NCBI GenBank assembly: GCA_963676835.2
Contig: CAXXFF010000002.1
Coordinates: forward strand, 800,001-864,000
Source of the DNA: Marispirochaeta sp.
GTDB taxonomy: Bacteria > Spirochaetota > Spirochaetia > JC444 > Marispirochaetaceae
Reading direction: 5' to 3'
Length of the DNA: 64,000 bases
Below, piece by piece: positions 46,698 to 56,998 of this stretch; the stretch's first letter is position 1, and each line of letters opens with the position of its first letter. The notes under the pieces are model-generated. The model saw only the letters and a list, made by a program, of their open reading frames with translations. It did not search any database and was not told where the DNA came from. Position numbers and translations under genes: made by a program.

Positions 46698-47675
46698 CTA
46701 TCTCAGGCCCAGCATCTTGGTTGTGTCGCCGATTTTTTTGTCGCCGTCTTTCAGGCGCTGGCGGCTTTCGTCGAATCCCATATAGGTAAGGGGCATGCGC
46801 ATTTTAGCGAATTGGGCGCTTACGTCAGGGTTGGCAAGTACTTCCTTGAAGGCTGCGTTGATCTGCTGTGCGATGGCGGGATCCATCTCTTTGGGTCCGA
46901 GGATGAAGAAGTCGAGGCCGTAAACAGCACTTTTGTAGCCAAGTTCGGCAAGGGAGGGGATGTCCGCTGCTCCGGGATCCCGGTCGGGCATGCCTGCGAT
47001 GGTTGCGAGGATTTTCATTTTGCCTGCTTCCAGATACTGGAGGGCGCCGGGGGTGTTGATGAATGCTGCATCAATCTGGCCGCCCTGTACGGCTACCAGT
47101 TTGTCCGCATCTGAGCCTGCTTCAACAACACGGAACTGTGAACCGCTGTCTTTGGCGAGCAGTCCTGCCATGAAGTGGGAGGAGCCTTTCAGCTGTACAC
47201 CCAGGGTTACCTTGTCGGGGTTTGCCTTGCTTGCTGCAATCAGTTCTTCCACAGAGTTGTAGGGTGAGTCCGGGCCGACGCAGAGTGAGTAGCTTCCGCC
47301 TACGGGCATGAGCACGCAGGTGGTAAACTCGTCTACCGGGGATTTGTCGTAGAGGCCTGCGTAATAGCTTGCCAGCAGGCTGGTGTGGTAGAAGAGAATG
47401 GTGCTGCCGTCGGGCTTGGCTGTCCGCACCTGTTCTGCTGCTACACTTCCGCCGCCGGCGGGCTGGTTGACGACTACAAAGGGTTTTCCCATCTGTTCCT
47501 GGAGGGCTTTGGAAATAATGCGGGCGGCAGCATCGGTTCCGCCGCCGGCTTTTGCGGGTACTACAAACTGAACGGTGCCTGCGGGCCAGGATGCTTCAGA
47601 TGCTTCGGATTTGCCTTCCGCTATCAAGCCTGCTGCAAGCAGTACCAGTAGGAATGCAATCAGTAATCTTTTCAT
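46698..47675 (-). CDS. Tripartite tricarboxylate transporter substrate-binding protein (TctC/Bug)
   Basis: Signal peptide; VPAKAGGGTD, VVNQPAGGG, KPDG.T and GGQID. Confidence 0.93.
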   Translation of the reverse strand: MKRLLIAFLLVLLAAGLIAEGKSEASEASWPAGTVQFVVPAKAGGGTDAAARIISKALQEQMGKPFVVVNQPAGGGSVAAEQVRTAKPDGSTILFYHTSLLASYYAGLYDKSPVDEFTTCVLMPVGGSYSLCVGPDSPYNSVEELIAASKANPDKVTLGVQLKGSSHFMAGLLAKDSGSQFRVVEAGSDADKLVAVQGGQIDAAFINTPGALQYLEAGKMKILATIAGMPDRDPGAADIPSLAELGYKSAVYGLDFFILGPKEMDPAIAQQINAAFKEVLANPDVSAQFAKMRMPLTYMGFDESRQRLKDGDKKIGDTTKMLGLR

Positions 47676-47720
47676 AAAATCTCCTTATTAGTGAAACTAT
47701 CCGCATCAACGATGCGGTAT

Positions 47721-49220
47721 TTAGCTGTTAACCTGTTTTGCTTTTTTTGCCCGGAGGTAGTCTTTTACATATGGCCAGACTATGCTGAATACTGCTGCAG
47801 CAAGGAGCAGTCCCGAAATAGGCCGGGTAAAGAAGGGCATGACTCCCTGATCGGTATAAGTAAAACCTTTACGCATATTGGATTCCAGCATGGGGCCCAG
47901 AATAAAACTGAGAATGAACGGGCTTGTGGGCAGTTTGACCATGTCCATCAAAAACCCCAGAGCGGCAAAGCTTAAGAGCAGGACAAAGTTGAAGGTTGTG
48001 CTGGAGCTTACATAGACGCCCACATATCCCAGCACAATAATTGCAGGGTAGAGGTAGTGGTATGGGATTTTCAGAATCATGGGGAAAAGCCTCATGCCGA
48101 AGAACTGCTGAAGCAGCACCAGCACTGCGGAGAAGAGTGCCGTTGCAAAAAGGATAAAGACTATGTCCGGGTTATTGGTAAACAGCAGAGGTCCCGGCTG
48201 TATACCGTGGATCATCAATCCTCCAAGAAGAATTGCCGTGGTGCCGTCGCCGGGTATACCCAGAGCGACCATGGGTATCAGTGATCCGCCGACGGATGCA
48301 TTGTTGGATATTTCCGAGGCAAAAACACCGTCAACACAGCCGGTACCGAATTTCTCCGGATGCTTTGAGCTGCTCTTGGCCTGTGCATAGGCGACCATAT
48401 TGGAAAGTGCTGCTCCCATACCTGGAAGGAAACCGATCCAGAGGCCGATAAAGAATGACCGTATCAGATTGACCGCGTTGTCCAGATACTCTTTCAGGGT
48501 TACACCGAATCCTGAGATATTCTTCATGTCCACCGGAGGCAGTTCTTCCTGTCCCCTGGCGTAGTCTGTAACAATCTGTTTGATGGCAAACAAACCGAGC
48601 ATAAGGGATATAAGGTCGAATCCGCCGTTGAGAAAGTAGTTACCGAAGGCAAAGCGGGGGTAGCCGTCTATGGGGGCAAAGCCCACGGAGCTCAACAACA
48701 GTCCGATAGCCGCAGCGGCGAGTCCCTTGAAGACGCTTTCTCTGGAAAGGGCTGCAACCAGAGAAATAGCGCAGAATCCCAACGAGAAGTATTCCCAGGG
48801 GCCCAGCTTAAGAGCGAGATCTGCTATAACCGGGCTTAAGAATGTGGCAATAAGGATACTGAAGAAAGTTCCCATAAATGATGCGGTAATCGCCGCACCC
48901 AGGGCCTTTACAGCCTGGCCGTTTTTGGTCATGGGGTAGCCGTCAAAGCAGGTTGCAATTGCCGAGGGTGATCCGGGGATTCCCAGCAGAATTGAGCCGA
49001 CCATGGCGCCGGATACTCCACCGACCCAGATGGCTATGAGCATGGCAAGTCCCATATGGGGATCCATGCCGAAGGTTACCGGAAGAAGGAGGGCAACACC
49101 CAGACCGCCGCTTAAGCCGGGAATGGCTCCCAGGACAATACCCACCGCACTGGCTACAAAAATGAGTAGAAAGGTGCCGGGACTTAAAAGGGTGAGAAAG
49201 CTGTGAAGAAACATTTCCAT
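47721..49220 (-). CDS. tctA: TTT large permease TctA
   Basis: GAIPGL, GIPGSPSAIATCFDGYPM, GFLPG.G, SEISNNA, LGIPGD and GIQPGP. Confidence 0.95.
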   Translation of the reverse strand: MEMFLHSFLTLLSPGTFLLIFVASAVGIVLGAIPGLSGGLGVALLLPVTFGMDPHMGLAMLIAIWVGGVSGAMVGSILLGIPGSPSAIATCFDGYPMTKNGQAVKALGAAITASFMGTFFSILIATFLSPVIADLALKLGPWEYFSLGFCAISLVAALSRESVFKGLAAAAIGLLLSSVGFAPIDGYPRFAFGNYFLNGGFDLISLMLGLFAIKQIVTDYARGQEELPPVDMKNISGFGVTLKEYLDNAVNLIRSFFIGLWIGFLPGMGAALSNMVAYAQAKSSSKHPEKFGTGCVDGVFASEISNNASVGGSLIPMVALGIPGDGTTAILLGGLMIHGIQPGPLLFTNNPDIVFILFATALFSAVLVLLQQFFGMRLFPMILKIPYHYLYPAIIVLGYVGVYVSSSTTFNFVLLLSFAALGFLMDMVKLPTSPFILSFILGPMLESNMRKGFTYTDQGVMPFFTRPISGLLLAAAVFSIVWPYVKDYLRAKKAKQVNS

Positions 49221-49236
49221 TACATAAGCTCCTTGA

Positions 49237-49692
49237 TTAAAAAATCATTCCCGGCGGGAGAAAGGAATTCAGTACCTTGCCGAAGACAAAATAGACCGAG
49301 CCGAAGGTGATGAGAGAGTAGATAATTCCCCGGACAATGCGGGTCTTTTCCGGGCCGGCAATCTGCCGGTAGAAGAAAAAGACCATGATCGGGGTTGCTA
49401 TGTAAAAGCCGATAATTTTCAGGGCCAGGGCATACAATATAAAAAGTGCGGTCATCTTGGCCGCGCGGATCCATCCTTCTTTTGTGAGAAAGGGGCCGCT
49501 TTTTTCAGTTTGTTTTTGAGGGCTGAGAATAAGGCCCAGGCCGCTGATGAGCAGCAGGATACTTCCCAGGTAGGGGAAAACCCTGGGGCCGGGGTCGTCG
49601 GTAAAGGTCTGAACCGGAATCTGCATGGTCATAAGCACGCCGATTATTCCGAGGGCAAGAATAAGAATGCCCAATTGTCTGTTGTTTTTCAT
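49237..49692 (-). CDS. tctB: TTT small permease TctB
   Basis: DPGPRVFP; 4 TMs; GFYIAT; C-terminal LPPG. Confidence 0.88.
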   Translation of the reverse strand: MKNNRQLGILILALGIIGVLMTMQIPVQTFTDDPGPRVFPYLGSILLLISGLGLILSPQKQTEKSGPFLTKEGWIRAAKMTALFILYALALKIIGFYIATPIMVFFFYRQIAGPEKTRIVRGIIYSLITFGSVYFVFGKVLNSFLPPGMIF

Positions 49693-49721
49693 GGTTAATC
49701 CCTGTTTAACAGAAAAAGTGT

Positions 49722-49754
49722 AAAAACAGTCCCGGACGGATACCGGGACTGTTT
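49722..49754 (-). terminator. Intra-operonic hairpin/terminator between tctC and tctB
   Basis: aaacagtcccgg-N7-ccgggactgttt with T-runs on both sides. Confidence 0.75.
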
Positions 49755-49768
49755 CTTTTTTCAGGATG

Positions 49769-50743
49769 TTATTTCGCCAGGCCGAGGTTTTCGGCAAGGG
49801 CTTTTATTTTTGCATCTTCTTTCTGGAGAAGTTCCTGCGCCTCTGCAACGGTCATGTATTTGTAGGCGCTGGACATCTTGGTCAGCTGTTCCTGAACCTT
49901 GGCATCAGTTGCCATGTTCTTTGTTGCAGCATTGATTTTCTCAACCAGGGCCGGGTCCATGCCTTTTGGACCGAAAACAACCAGGGGTGAGTACCAGGAT
50001 ACATTTACTCCCTGATCAAGGGCCGGGGTAAATTCGGGGTGAGCAGGGTCTGGAGTGGGGTCAATGAGACAGAGAACCTTCATTTTGCCGGCTTCCACGT
50101 ACTGAGCTGCAGAGCTTGATCCCAGGTTTCCGATATCGATGTGTCCGCCCTGAATGGCTGCAACCTTATCAACTTCAGAAGCCGCTTCAACCAGCTTGAG
50201 ATCAACATTTTCGTTCATCATAATGGTTCCGGCAATAAAGTGGGTTGCGCCGCCAAGGGCTGTTCCCACGGTCAGCTTACCGGGATTTTTCCGCGCATCT
50301 TCTACAAAGTCTTTCATGGTATCCCATGGTGCATCCGGGGCAACTGCATACACCTGAGGGGGGTAAGCCTGTGCTACGGCAATGGTGGTGAAGTCTTCAA
50401 GGGGATGGTCGTACCGTCCGGTGTGGGCGTAGATAAGCATTCCGGTATGCATGAAGAGCAGAGTCTGGCCGTCTGGTTTTGATGTCCGGACCTGCTCGTA
50501 GGCAACGGTTCCGCCGCCTGAAGGCTGGTTTATAACAACAACGGGGTTATCCAGCTCTCTCTGCAGATAGTCAGAGAAGATCCGGGCCATCAGGTCGGTT
50601 CCGCCGCCTGCCTTGGCTCCAACAACAATCTGCACCGGACCTTTCGGCCACTGTGCGGCTGCATCCTGTTCCGCCTTGCCTTCTGCAAACGCAAAGACAG
50701 CGAGGACAGTAAGACACAGCAGGATAATACCTGTTCTTTTCAT
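49769..50743 (-). CDS. TTT substrate-binding protein (TctC/Bug), second copy
   Basis: Signal peptide; GAKAGGGTD, NQPSGGG, KPDGQT and GGHID. Confidence 0.93.
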   Translation of the reverse strand: MKRTGIILLCLTVLAVFAFAEGKAEQDAAAQWPKGPVQIVVGAKAGGGTDLMARIFSDYLQRELDNPVVVINQPSGGGTVAYEQVRTSKPDGQTLLFMHTGMLIYAHTGRYDHPLEDFTTIAVAQAYPPQVYAVAPDAPWDTMKDFVEDARKNPGKLTVGTALGGATHFIAGTIMMNENVDLKLVEAASEVDKVAAIQGGHIDIGNLGSSSAAQYVEAGKMKVLCLIDPTPDPAHPEFTPALDQGVNVSWYSPLVVFGPKGMDPALVEKINAATKNMATDAKVQEQLTKMSSAYKYMTVAEAQELLQKEDAKIKALAENLGLAK

Positions 50744-50781
50744 TTTTCCTCCTATTACCTCAGGTAATATTGTTTTTACTT

Positions 50782-51669
50782 TTATCTAAACGCCTCTGAC
50801 AGGGCGTTAATTATCAGATTCTGGGCTTCTTTGTATTCCGCAAGGCAGTGAACAATGAAGCCGTGATCACTTTCGAGAAAACAGCGCATCTTCACCTCAA
50901 CTCCTGCGTTTATCAGCATCAGGCCGTATTTTTCCGCTTCCTCTTTGAGGCAGTCTTTTCCGGCGGTGATAATCAGTGCCGGGGGCAGCCCTTCGAGCAT
51001 ATCCGGAGTAGCACAAACCAGGGAGAAGAAAGGATTTGAATGATCTTCCTCGCCCATATAGAGTTCGGAAAAGGAGCGCATCCGTTCTACCGGAAGCAGG
51101 CTGTGCTCATCCACCTTTTCTGCGGGGTCGGTTACTCCATCCAGAAAAGGGTAGTCCATTACCTGAAGGCAGATGGAAAAATCTTTTGTCTGATTTGCCA
51201 TAAGGGCAATGGCCGCAGTAAAGTTGCCGCCGGCGCTGTGGCCTCCCAGGGCGATTCTGTTTTTATCAACTTTCAGGATGTCTGCATTATCAAAGGCCCA
51301 CTTGGTAACATCGTAGCACTCATTGAGGGCAGTTGGAAAAGGATGTTCCGGGGCAAGGCGGTAATCGATGTCGATGACTTTGCAGTCCAGTCGGTGTGCC
51401 AGGAAGGCTGAGAAGAGGATGTCCCGCCGGTTGTGACCCCGGACAAAACCACCGCCGTGAATGTTGATAAACAGGGGATAGTTTTCTTCGTCAGTGCGGG
51501 GACTGATAATGTTTATCCTGGTACTGCCTTCCCGGGTGGGGACCATATCTTCCCGGCAGTCGACATACTCCATAACCGTTTCCATTTCGGGGGGAGTATT
51601 GGTTTGTACCACAGATGAGCTTCGAAGTTGTTCAGCGAGTTTCAGTTTTTCATCGTATGTTCGAATCAC
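50782..51669 (-). CDS. HSL-family (family IV) esterase
   Basis: HGGGF, DYRLAPEHPFP, GHSAGG, GKDCL and HGF; GTG start with AAGGA SD. Confidence 0.93.
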   Translation of the reverse strand: MIRTYDEKLKLAEQLRSSSVVQTNTPPEMETVMEYVDCREDMVPTREGSTRINIISPRTDEENYPLFINIHGGGFVRGHNRRDILFSAFLAHRLDCKVIDIDYRLAPEHPFPTALNECYDVTKWAFDNADILKVDKNRIALGGHSAGGNFTAAIALMANQTKDFSICLQVMDYPFLDGVTDPAEKVDEHSLLPVERMRSFSELYMGEEDHSNPFFSLVCATPDMLEGLPPALIITAGKDCLKEEAEKYGLMLINAGVEVKMRCFLESDHGFIVHCLAEYKEAQNLIINALSEAFR

Positions 51670-51706
51670 TCTTTCCTTACTCCGGTAGTTTTGCTGATAC
51701 TATTAT

Positions 51707-51723
51707 TGCAAGCTATGTGCCAA
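51707..51723 (-). promoter_or_regulatory. Sigma-54 (-24/-12) promoter of the esterase/TTT operon
   Basis: Minus strand TTGGCACATAGCTTGCA matches the consensus TGGCAC-N5-TTGCA. Confidence 0.9.
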
Positions 51724-51865
51724 GCATGGTTAACCCGGGAGCTTTCGGGATGATTTTACAGACTATTTTCCGCTAACTAACGGTTTGTTAACATTTTATT
51801 TTCAAGCATGGCTGCTGATGCTCTGTAAGCGTTGCAGAAATAAATCAAACCTCTAAGTGTAAATG

Positions 51866-51910
51866 TGTTGCGAAAGAAATCATATGTTGTAGAATAGCAA
51901 CAAGTGTTGC
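51866..51910. promoter_or_regulatory. Putative enhancer (UAS) sites for the sigma-54 activator
   Basis: TGTTGT-N6-GCAACA (51885-51902) flanked by TGTTGC half-sites at 51866 and 51905, about 145-190 bp upstream of -24. Confidence 0.55.
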
Positions 51911-51929
51911 ATTGGTTCCTGGAGGATAT

Positions 51930-53894
51930 ATGGCAAAGATTCTGTATGTTGTTCCTACTATTGAGTTCAAACAGGATATGGATAAAACCATTGAAGAACA
52001 TAAAAAATACTACCATATGTTTTACCCGAGTCGTGATTACATTGAAGTGGAATCAATATTCAAGACCAGTGCAGCCCTGATTGACTGTGATGCCTATAAT
52101 GCGGATGTAATAATTGCCCGGGGATTTCTTGCCACCAGGCTCAAGAAGATGCATCCGTCAATACCGGTGGTGGAAGCTCCGGTAACCATGACGGATCTGA
52201 TGCTGGCTGTGCGGGAACTGCAGGAGATGGGAGCGGCTGACCGGCCTATTGCCATGATTGGTCTGGGGATGGTGTTTCATCAGGTAAAGGCCGTTGAGGA
52301 CCTGCTCGGGGTAAAGCTGGTGGCCATTGATTATCTGTATAAAGACCGGTCCCCGGAAGTAATCACAGAACTGATCGATGATGGGGTCTCCCGGGGTTTT
52401 ACCAGCTTTGTCGGCGGGGCAACCCTTGTTGAATATGCGAAGGAACGCGGGTTACCTGCCTCCTTTGTGAACAGCGGAGCTGAATCAAAATGGCTGGCCC
52501 TTAATCAGGCTCAGCATATTGCTGCCATCCGGCGCAAGGAGCGGGAGCGTTCCGCCAGATATGAGACAATTCTGGATCATTCCCTGGAAGGGATTATTAC
52601 TACCGATGCGGAAAAGAAGATTATTCAGATTAATACTGCTGCCGGCAAAATTCTGGGAATTGATCCTGCAGTTTCCAGCGGTACCAGGATTGAAAAATTG
52701 ATTCCGGAACCCAAATTCATGGCTCTTCTGGGAAAGGATCGGGATTATACCAATGAACTTATCAAGTTAGGGAAAAACAGCATTGTTCTTAACAAGGTAT
52801 CCGCCTCATTGGGAAAAGAGCGTATAGGTAGTGTAATAACCTTTCAGGATGTAAGTAATGTTCAGACGGCGGAGATTAAGATCCGGAGTGCCCTGCATCA
52901 CCGGGGGCTTCTTGCCAGGTACAGCTTTGAGGATATTATAGGGGACAGTCCTGTTCTGAAAAATACCATCGAGACAGCCCGTACTTTTGCAGGGGTTCCT
53001 TCCAATATTCTCATAATAGGTGAAACCGGAACCGGAAAGGAGCTGTTTGCACAGAGTATCCACAATGCCAGCCGGCGGAACAATGCCCCATTTGTGGCGG
53101 TCAACTGCGCAGCCATTCCTGAAAATCTGATGGAAAGCGAGTTCTTCGGCTATGCCGGCGGCGCCTTTACCGGAGCAAGCAAGGAGGGCCGGATAGGTTT
53201 CTTTGAACTGGCTCATGAGGGGACTATTTTTCTGGATGAGGTTTCCGAAATTCCGCTCAAGCTGCAGAGCAAGCTGCTGCGGGTGATTCAGGAAGGGGAG
53301 GTTATGCGGGTCGGGCATGACAAGATTATTCCTGTCAATGTGAGGGTGATCTGTGCTGCCAACCGGGATCTTAAACCTCTGGTAAGAGAAGGGCATTTCC
53401 GGGAAGACCTTTTCTATCGTCTGGCTGTTTTGCAGCTGAGGCTTCCGGCTTTACGGAGCCGGGGGAAGGATATAGGTCTTTTAGCAGATTTTTTTGTACG
53501 TCAGTACTCGTCAATCTTTGCAGTATCTCCCCAGGTTCTTACCGACCCTGCCCGGAGCCTCCTCGAATCATTCTCCTGGGAAGGCAATATCCGGGAGCTG
53601 AGAAACATCTGTGAGCAGCTTGTGGTACTGAACAAGGGAGAGAAGATAGATGCATCTATGGTGAAATCAATTCTGTTTCCCGAAGCAGGAGCTGATCTGG
53701 AAATATCAATAGCGGATAAGGGACAATCGTCACTGGATCTTATGCAGAAAACCGAAAGGGAGCTGATTGTTCGGGTCCTGGAGGAGCACCGGTATAACCG
53801 GACGAAATCTGCCGATGCGCTGGGGATTAACCGGTCTACTCTGTGGCGGAAAATGAAAGAGCTTCAGATTGACTGTGCGGTGTCGGTGCGGTGA
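51930..53894 (+). CDS. PrpR-like sigma-54-dependent activator (PrpR_N-PAS-AAA+-Fis HTH)
   Basis: DVIIARG..A..LK (PrpR_N); GETGTGKE, GAFTGA, FLDEV, FREDLFYRL, WEGNIREL and LGINRSTLWRK. Confidence 0.94.
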   Translation: MAKILYVVPTIEFKQDMDKTIEEHKKYYHMFYPSRDYIEVESIFKTSAALIDCDAYNADVIIARGFLATRLKKMHPSIPVVEAPVTMTDLMLAVRELQEMGAADRPIAMIGLGMVFHQVKAVEDLLGVKLVAIDYLYKDRSPEVITELIDDGVSRGFTSFVGGATLVEYAKERGLPASFVNSGAESKWLALNQAQHIAAIRRKERERSARYETILDHSLEGIITTDAEKKIIQINTAAGKILGIDPAVSSGTRIEKLIPEPKFMALLGKDRDYTNELIKLGKNSIVLNKVSASLGKERIGSVITFQDVSNVQTAEIKIRSALHHRGLLARYSFEDIIGDSPVLKNTIETARTFAGVPSNILIIGETGTGKELFAQSIHNASRRNNAPFVAVNCAAIPENLMESEFFGYAGGAFTGASKEGRIGFFELAHEGTIFLDEVSEIPLKLQSKLLRVIQEGEVMRVGHDKIIPVNVRVICAANRDLKPLVREGHFREDLFYRLAVLQLRLPALRSRGKDIGLLADFFVRQYSSIFAVSPQVLTDPARSLLESFSWEGNIRELRNICEQLVVLNKGEKIDASMVKSILFPEAGADLEISIADKGQSSLDLMQKTERELIVRVLEEHRYNRTKSADALGINRSTLWRKMKELQIDCAVSVR

Positions 53895-54030
53895 GTTGTT
53901 TACGGTAAATATAAGTTGTTCTTAAAAATGTTGTTAGCGGTGCCCATAAGTTATAAAAATCTCTGGCATGATTATTTTGATCTGAGAAAGTGCGCGAAAA
54001 CAATAATATTCTTTTTATAAACAATCTATA

Positions 54031-54060
54031 TTGACTGAATTCATTCAGTTGGGCTATATT
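54031..54060 (+). promoter_or_regulatory. Sigma-70 promoter with overlapping TetR-type operator
   Basis: TTGACT-N18-TATATT; inverted repeat ACTGAAT-tc-ATTCAGT at 54034-54049. Confidence 0.7.
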
Positions 54061-54088
54061 CTACTTAAGACCATTGTGGGAGAAGCTT

Positions 54089-54670
54089 GTGGCAAGAGTA
54101 ACAAAATCAGTCAGTGAGCGCCGTGAGGAAATAATTAATACCGCAAAGAGTATTTTTATAGAAACTGGATTTGAAAAAACGCAGATTAGTGACATTGCAG
54201 GAAGAATGAATGTGTCGCAAGGGCTTGTTTATCATTATTTCAAGTCAAAAGTTGAAATGCTCTATGCCGTAATTGATGAAATAGCTGATGAAAAACAGAA
54301 GCAAATAGATAATATTCTGAATTCCATGGATACAAGTGCGTCTCAGAAACTCATTACTTTGCTAAAAATTAAAACAGAATCGGATGACCTGGATAAGCTG
54401 GTCCCGAGTATTACCAGTGATGCAGCAATTATTGAGTACTGTTCCAGAAGGATCACTTTGTCAGCAATGCCTATGCTCATCGCCCTTATAAATCAGGGGA
54501 ATGGTGATGGATCGTGGTGCTGCAAGTATCCTGAAGAAACAGCTTTATTTGTCTCAAGCGGATTAAGGGGGCTACATGAAAAAATGGGATCTCCGGAAAA
54601 TAATAAAAGAATCAAGATAGCGCTAATGGATATTATGCAGAAAATTCTTGGGACATTTCAACCTGGGTAA
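54089..54670 (+). CDS. TetR/AcrR family regulator
   Basis: RREEIINTA..F...GFEKT.ISDIA...VSQGLVYHYFKSK. Start 54074 or 54089. Confidence 0.93.
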   Translation: MARVTKSVSERREEIINTAKSIFIETGFEKTQISDIAGRMNVSQGLVYHYFKSKVEMLYAVIDEIADEKQKQIDNILNSMDTSASQKLITLLKIKTESDDLDKLVPSITSDAAIIEYCSRRITLSAMPMLIALINQGNGDGSWCCKYPEETALFVSSGLRGLHEKMGSPENNKRIKIALMDIMQKILGTFQPG

Positions 54671-54716
54671 AATCATGCTTGATAATCTATAAAAGACAGG
54701 AGTGCAAGGACAATTA

Positions 54717-56042
54717 ATGAAGATTAAACTTTTGATAATTTTTCAGCTATTCATGGTTGCAACACTTATAGCGGAAAAAATGACAACCGTAACTATTTTC
54801 GAAGAGGTCGCAGTGAAAATGGCCCTTGAAAATAATCTGAGTTTGCAATCTGCGATGATTGATCTAAAGAGTAGCAGGTTAAACGCTTCCAGTAATTGGA
54901 ATGTCATCTTGCCGGAGTTCAATTTAAATTCAGGGTTCAGCAGAACCGATTCTCTTGTGCATGATTCAGTTGACTCCAGTAGTTGGGCCGGATCGATTTC
55001 CTTTTCAGCTGATTTGAAACTTAATGCAGCATCAGCTCTACATGGCAAGAGAAGTGCAATATCATATGAAGCACAGTTGCTGAACTATGAGGCAAACCGT
55101 TCCATGCTGATTTTAAACGTAAGAAAACAGTTTCATTACATTCTTGCCTATAAAGAGTATCTGGTTTTACAGGAGAGGAATCTTGATTTGGCTCAAAGGC
55201 GTTATCTGCAGGCTGAAACAAATCACAAGAACGGACGAGCTCCGGAATTGACTGTTCTGGAGGCACAGTACTCTTATGAGAGTCTCAAACCGGTGCTGCA
55301 GGAAGCAAAAACGATCTATGAAAGTCAGCTGATGGTTTTTAAAAAATTACTTGGGATTGATCTGGAAAAAGAAATAATTATCGAAGGTAATTCCGGATAC
55401 AACCATGATGTTATGGCTGATGATGCCTTTATTGAAAAATGTGAAGATCGCATTAATATGTTGCTCATGAACCGGCATGATGTACAAAGCGCTTTGAAAG
55501 AGGTTGCATGGTGCGAAAACCAGGAAGCAATTATCAGGGCAGGAAGTATAAGCCCTGTATTTTCCCTGAGTGCTGATTGGACCAATACTGCTCCTGATAT
55601 TATAGATCCGGATTGGGGTGATTATCTTACAGTTTCCGCCTACCTGACAATTCCTCTTAATGGATTTATCCCGGGATCATCTACCGTTTTGGCGGTCAAA
55701 CATGCGTCAAATTCTTCAGAGAAAGCAAGAATAAACTTGCATGAGGTTATCCTTGAAGCCGAGCAGGAAATACGAATTATGTTGATGGAACTGAATGGGC
55801 ATAAACGGAATATCGAGAAGAACAAACTAAATGTCGAACTGGCTAAAAAAACATATGAAATGACAGAATCCGCATATTTGCAGGGGGTAAAAGAGGTCCT
55901 TGATGTTAAGGGTGCTCAGAACAATCTCTTCAGCGCTGAACAAAATCTGATTCTGAGTAGATATAACTACTTATCCGGGATTCTGGATCTGGGGTTTGCA
56001 TTAAATATTGACGTGGAAATCATTGGTAATTCAGGAGAATAA
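54717..56042 (+). CDS. TolC-family outer membrane efflux protein
   Basis: Signal peptide; ALENN.SL, LPEFNL, G....L.VLEAQ and Y.QG....LDV..AQ. Confidence 0.88.
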   Translation: MKIKLLIIFQLFMVATLIAEKMTTVTIFEEVAVKMALENNLSLQSAMIDLKSSRLNASSNWNVILPEFNLNSGFSRTDSLVHDSVDSSSWAGSISFSADLKLNAASALHGKRSAISYEAQLLNYEANRSMLILNVRKQFHYILAYKEYLVLQERNLDLAQRRYLQAETNHKNGRAPELTVLEAQYSYESLKPVLQEAKTIYESQLMVFKKLLGIDLEKEIIIEGNSGYNHDVMADDAFIEKCEDRINMLLMNRHDVQSALKEVAWCENQEAIIRAGSISPVFSLSADWTNTAPDIIDPDWGDYLTVSAYLTIPLNGFIPGSSTVLAVKHASNSSEKARINLHEVILEAEQEIRIMLMELNGHKRNIEKNKLNVELAKKTYEMTESAYLQGVKEVLDVKGAQNNLFSAEQNLILSRYNYLSGILDLGFALNIDVEIIGNSGE

Positions 56043-56044
56043 AT

Positions 56045-56989
56045 ATGTCTGAAGAAAACACTATCAGTAATAGCAGAATAACAGGAAGAGTTTTATTCTT
56101 TATTATTCTTTTAGTTGGATGTGGTGTTCTCTATGCTTTGATAGGGCCGGAATACTTAACATCCGAAGGCGGAGTAAGTGATCTCAAAGATCAAGAGCCA
56201 ATCATCTACTCTGTCAAGACTGAGAAAATAAAACCGGTAAGCATAGAGAATTATCTAAAGTTCAACGGTGATGTAATTGCCCAGAATAGCGTTAACATTT
56301 ACCCTGATGTAGCCGGGAAACTTATCGATCTTAAAGTGTCTCTCGGTAGCTATGTACGAAAAGGGCAAATACTTGCCTATATAGACCCATCTCTACCCGG
56401 ACAGGTATACGTTGCCAGTCCTGTGAAATCAACGATATCAGGAACAATTACGGATCTGCCATCCAAAGTAGGAGCTACAATTTCTACTGTTACCATGCCG
56501 ATTGCAACAGTAGGAAATTTAAAGGACTTGCAAATTACCAGTTATATTTCTGAGAAATATATGGCTTCTGTTGAGCTTGGCCAAATAGCTGAAATAAGTT
56601 TTGAACCTTATAACGGAAAAATATTTTACGGAGTAATTACCGAAATAAGTCCTGTATTGGATAAGAGTTCACGAACTCTGGAAATAACCATTTCTCTTGA
56701 TGAGAGCAATCATTTAATTAAATCTGGAATGTTTGGTTTGGTACGATTAATTACTGAGGTAAAAGAAGACATTCTGGCCTTGCCTGCTGAATCCATACTA
56801 AATACAGAGAGCAACTCTTTTGTGTATGTTGTTACCCCGGATAATTCTGTACATCAGCAGACGGTTAAAAAAGGTTTTGAGATAGATGGATTTGTAGAAA
56901 TTGTTGATGGTTTACAAGCTGGGGATATTGTTGTTCTGCAAGGTGGTTCCATGTTGAGGGAAGGATCTTTGGTCAATGTTGGTAACTAG
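56045..56989 (+). CDS. RND periplasmic adaptor (MFP)
   Basis: N-terminal TM; V.LGSYVRKGQ, SPV.S..SG, SRT, KSGMF and GLQAGD.VV. Confidence 0.92.
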   Translation: MSEENTISNSRITGRVLFFIILLVGCGVLYALIGPEYLTSEGGVSDLKDQEPIIYSVKTEKIKPVSIENYLKFNGDVIAQNSVNIYPDVAGKLIDLKVSLGSYVRKGQILAYIDPSLPGQVYVASPVKSTISGTITDLPSKVGATISTVTMPIATVGNLKDLQITSYISEKYMASVELGQIAEISFEPYNGKIFYGVITEISPVLDKSSRTLEITISLDESNHLIKSGMFGLVRLITEVKEDILALPAESILNTESNSFVYVVTPDNSVHQQTVKKGFEIDGFVEIVDGLQAGDIVVLQGGSMLREGSLVNVGN

Positions 56990-56998
56990 GAGTATTGT

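Noticed and set aside
45879..47114. Long antisense ORFs (411 aa here; also 2110-2979, 16900-17724, 22247-23209, 22839-23792, 31609-32463)
   Set aside because: Shadow frames opposite well-supported genes, with no motifs or SD.
51930..53894. prpR of a propionate (methylcitrate) pathway
   Set aside because: The domain architecture is similar, but there is no prpBCDE in the window, so the gene symbol is withheld.
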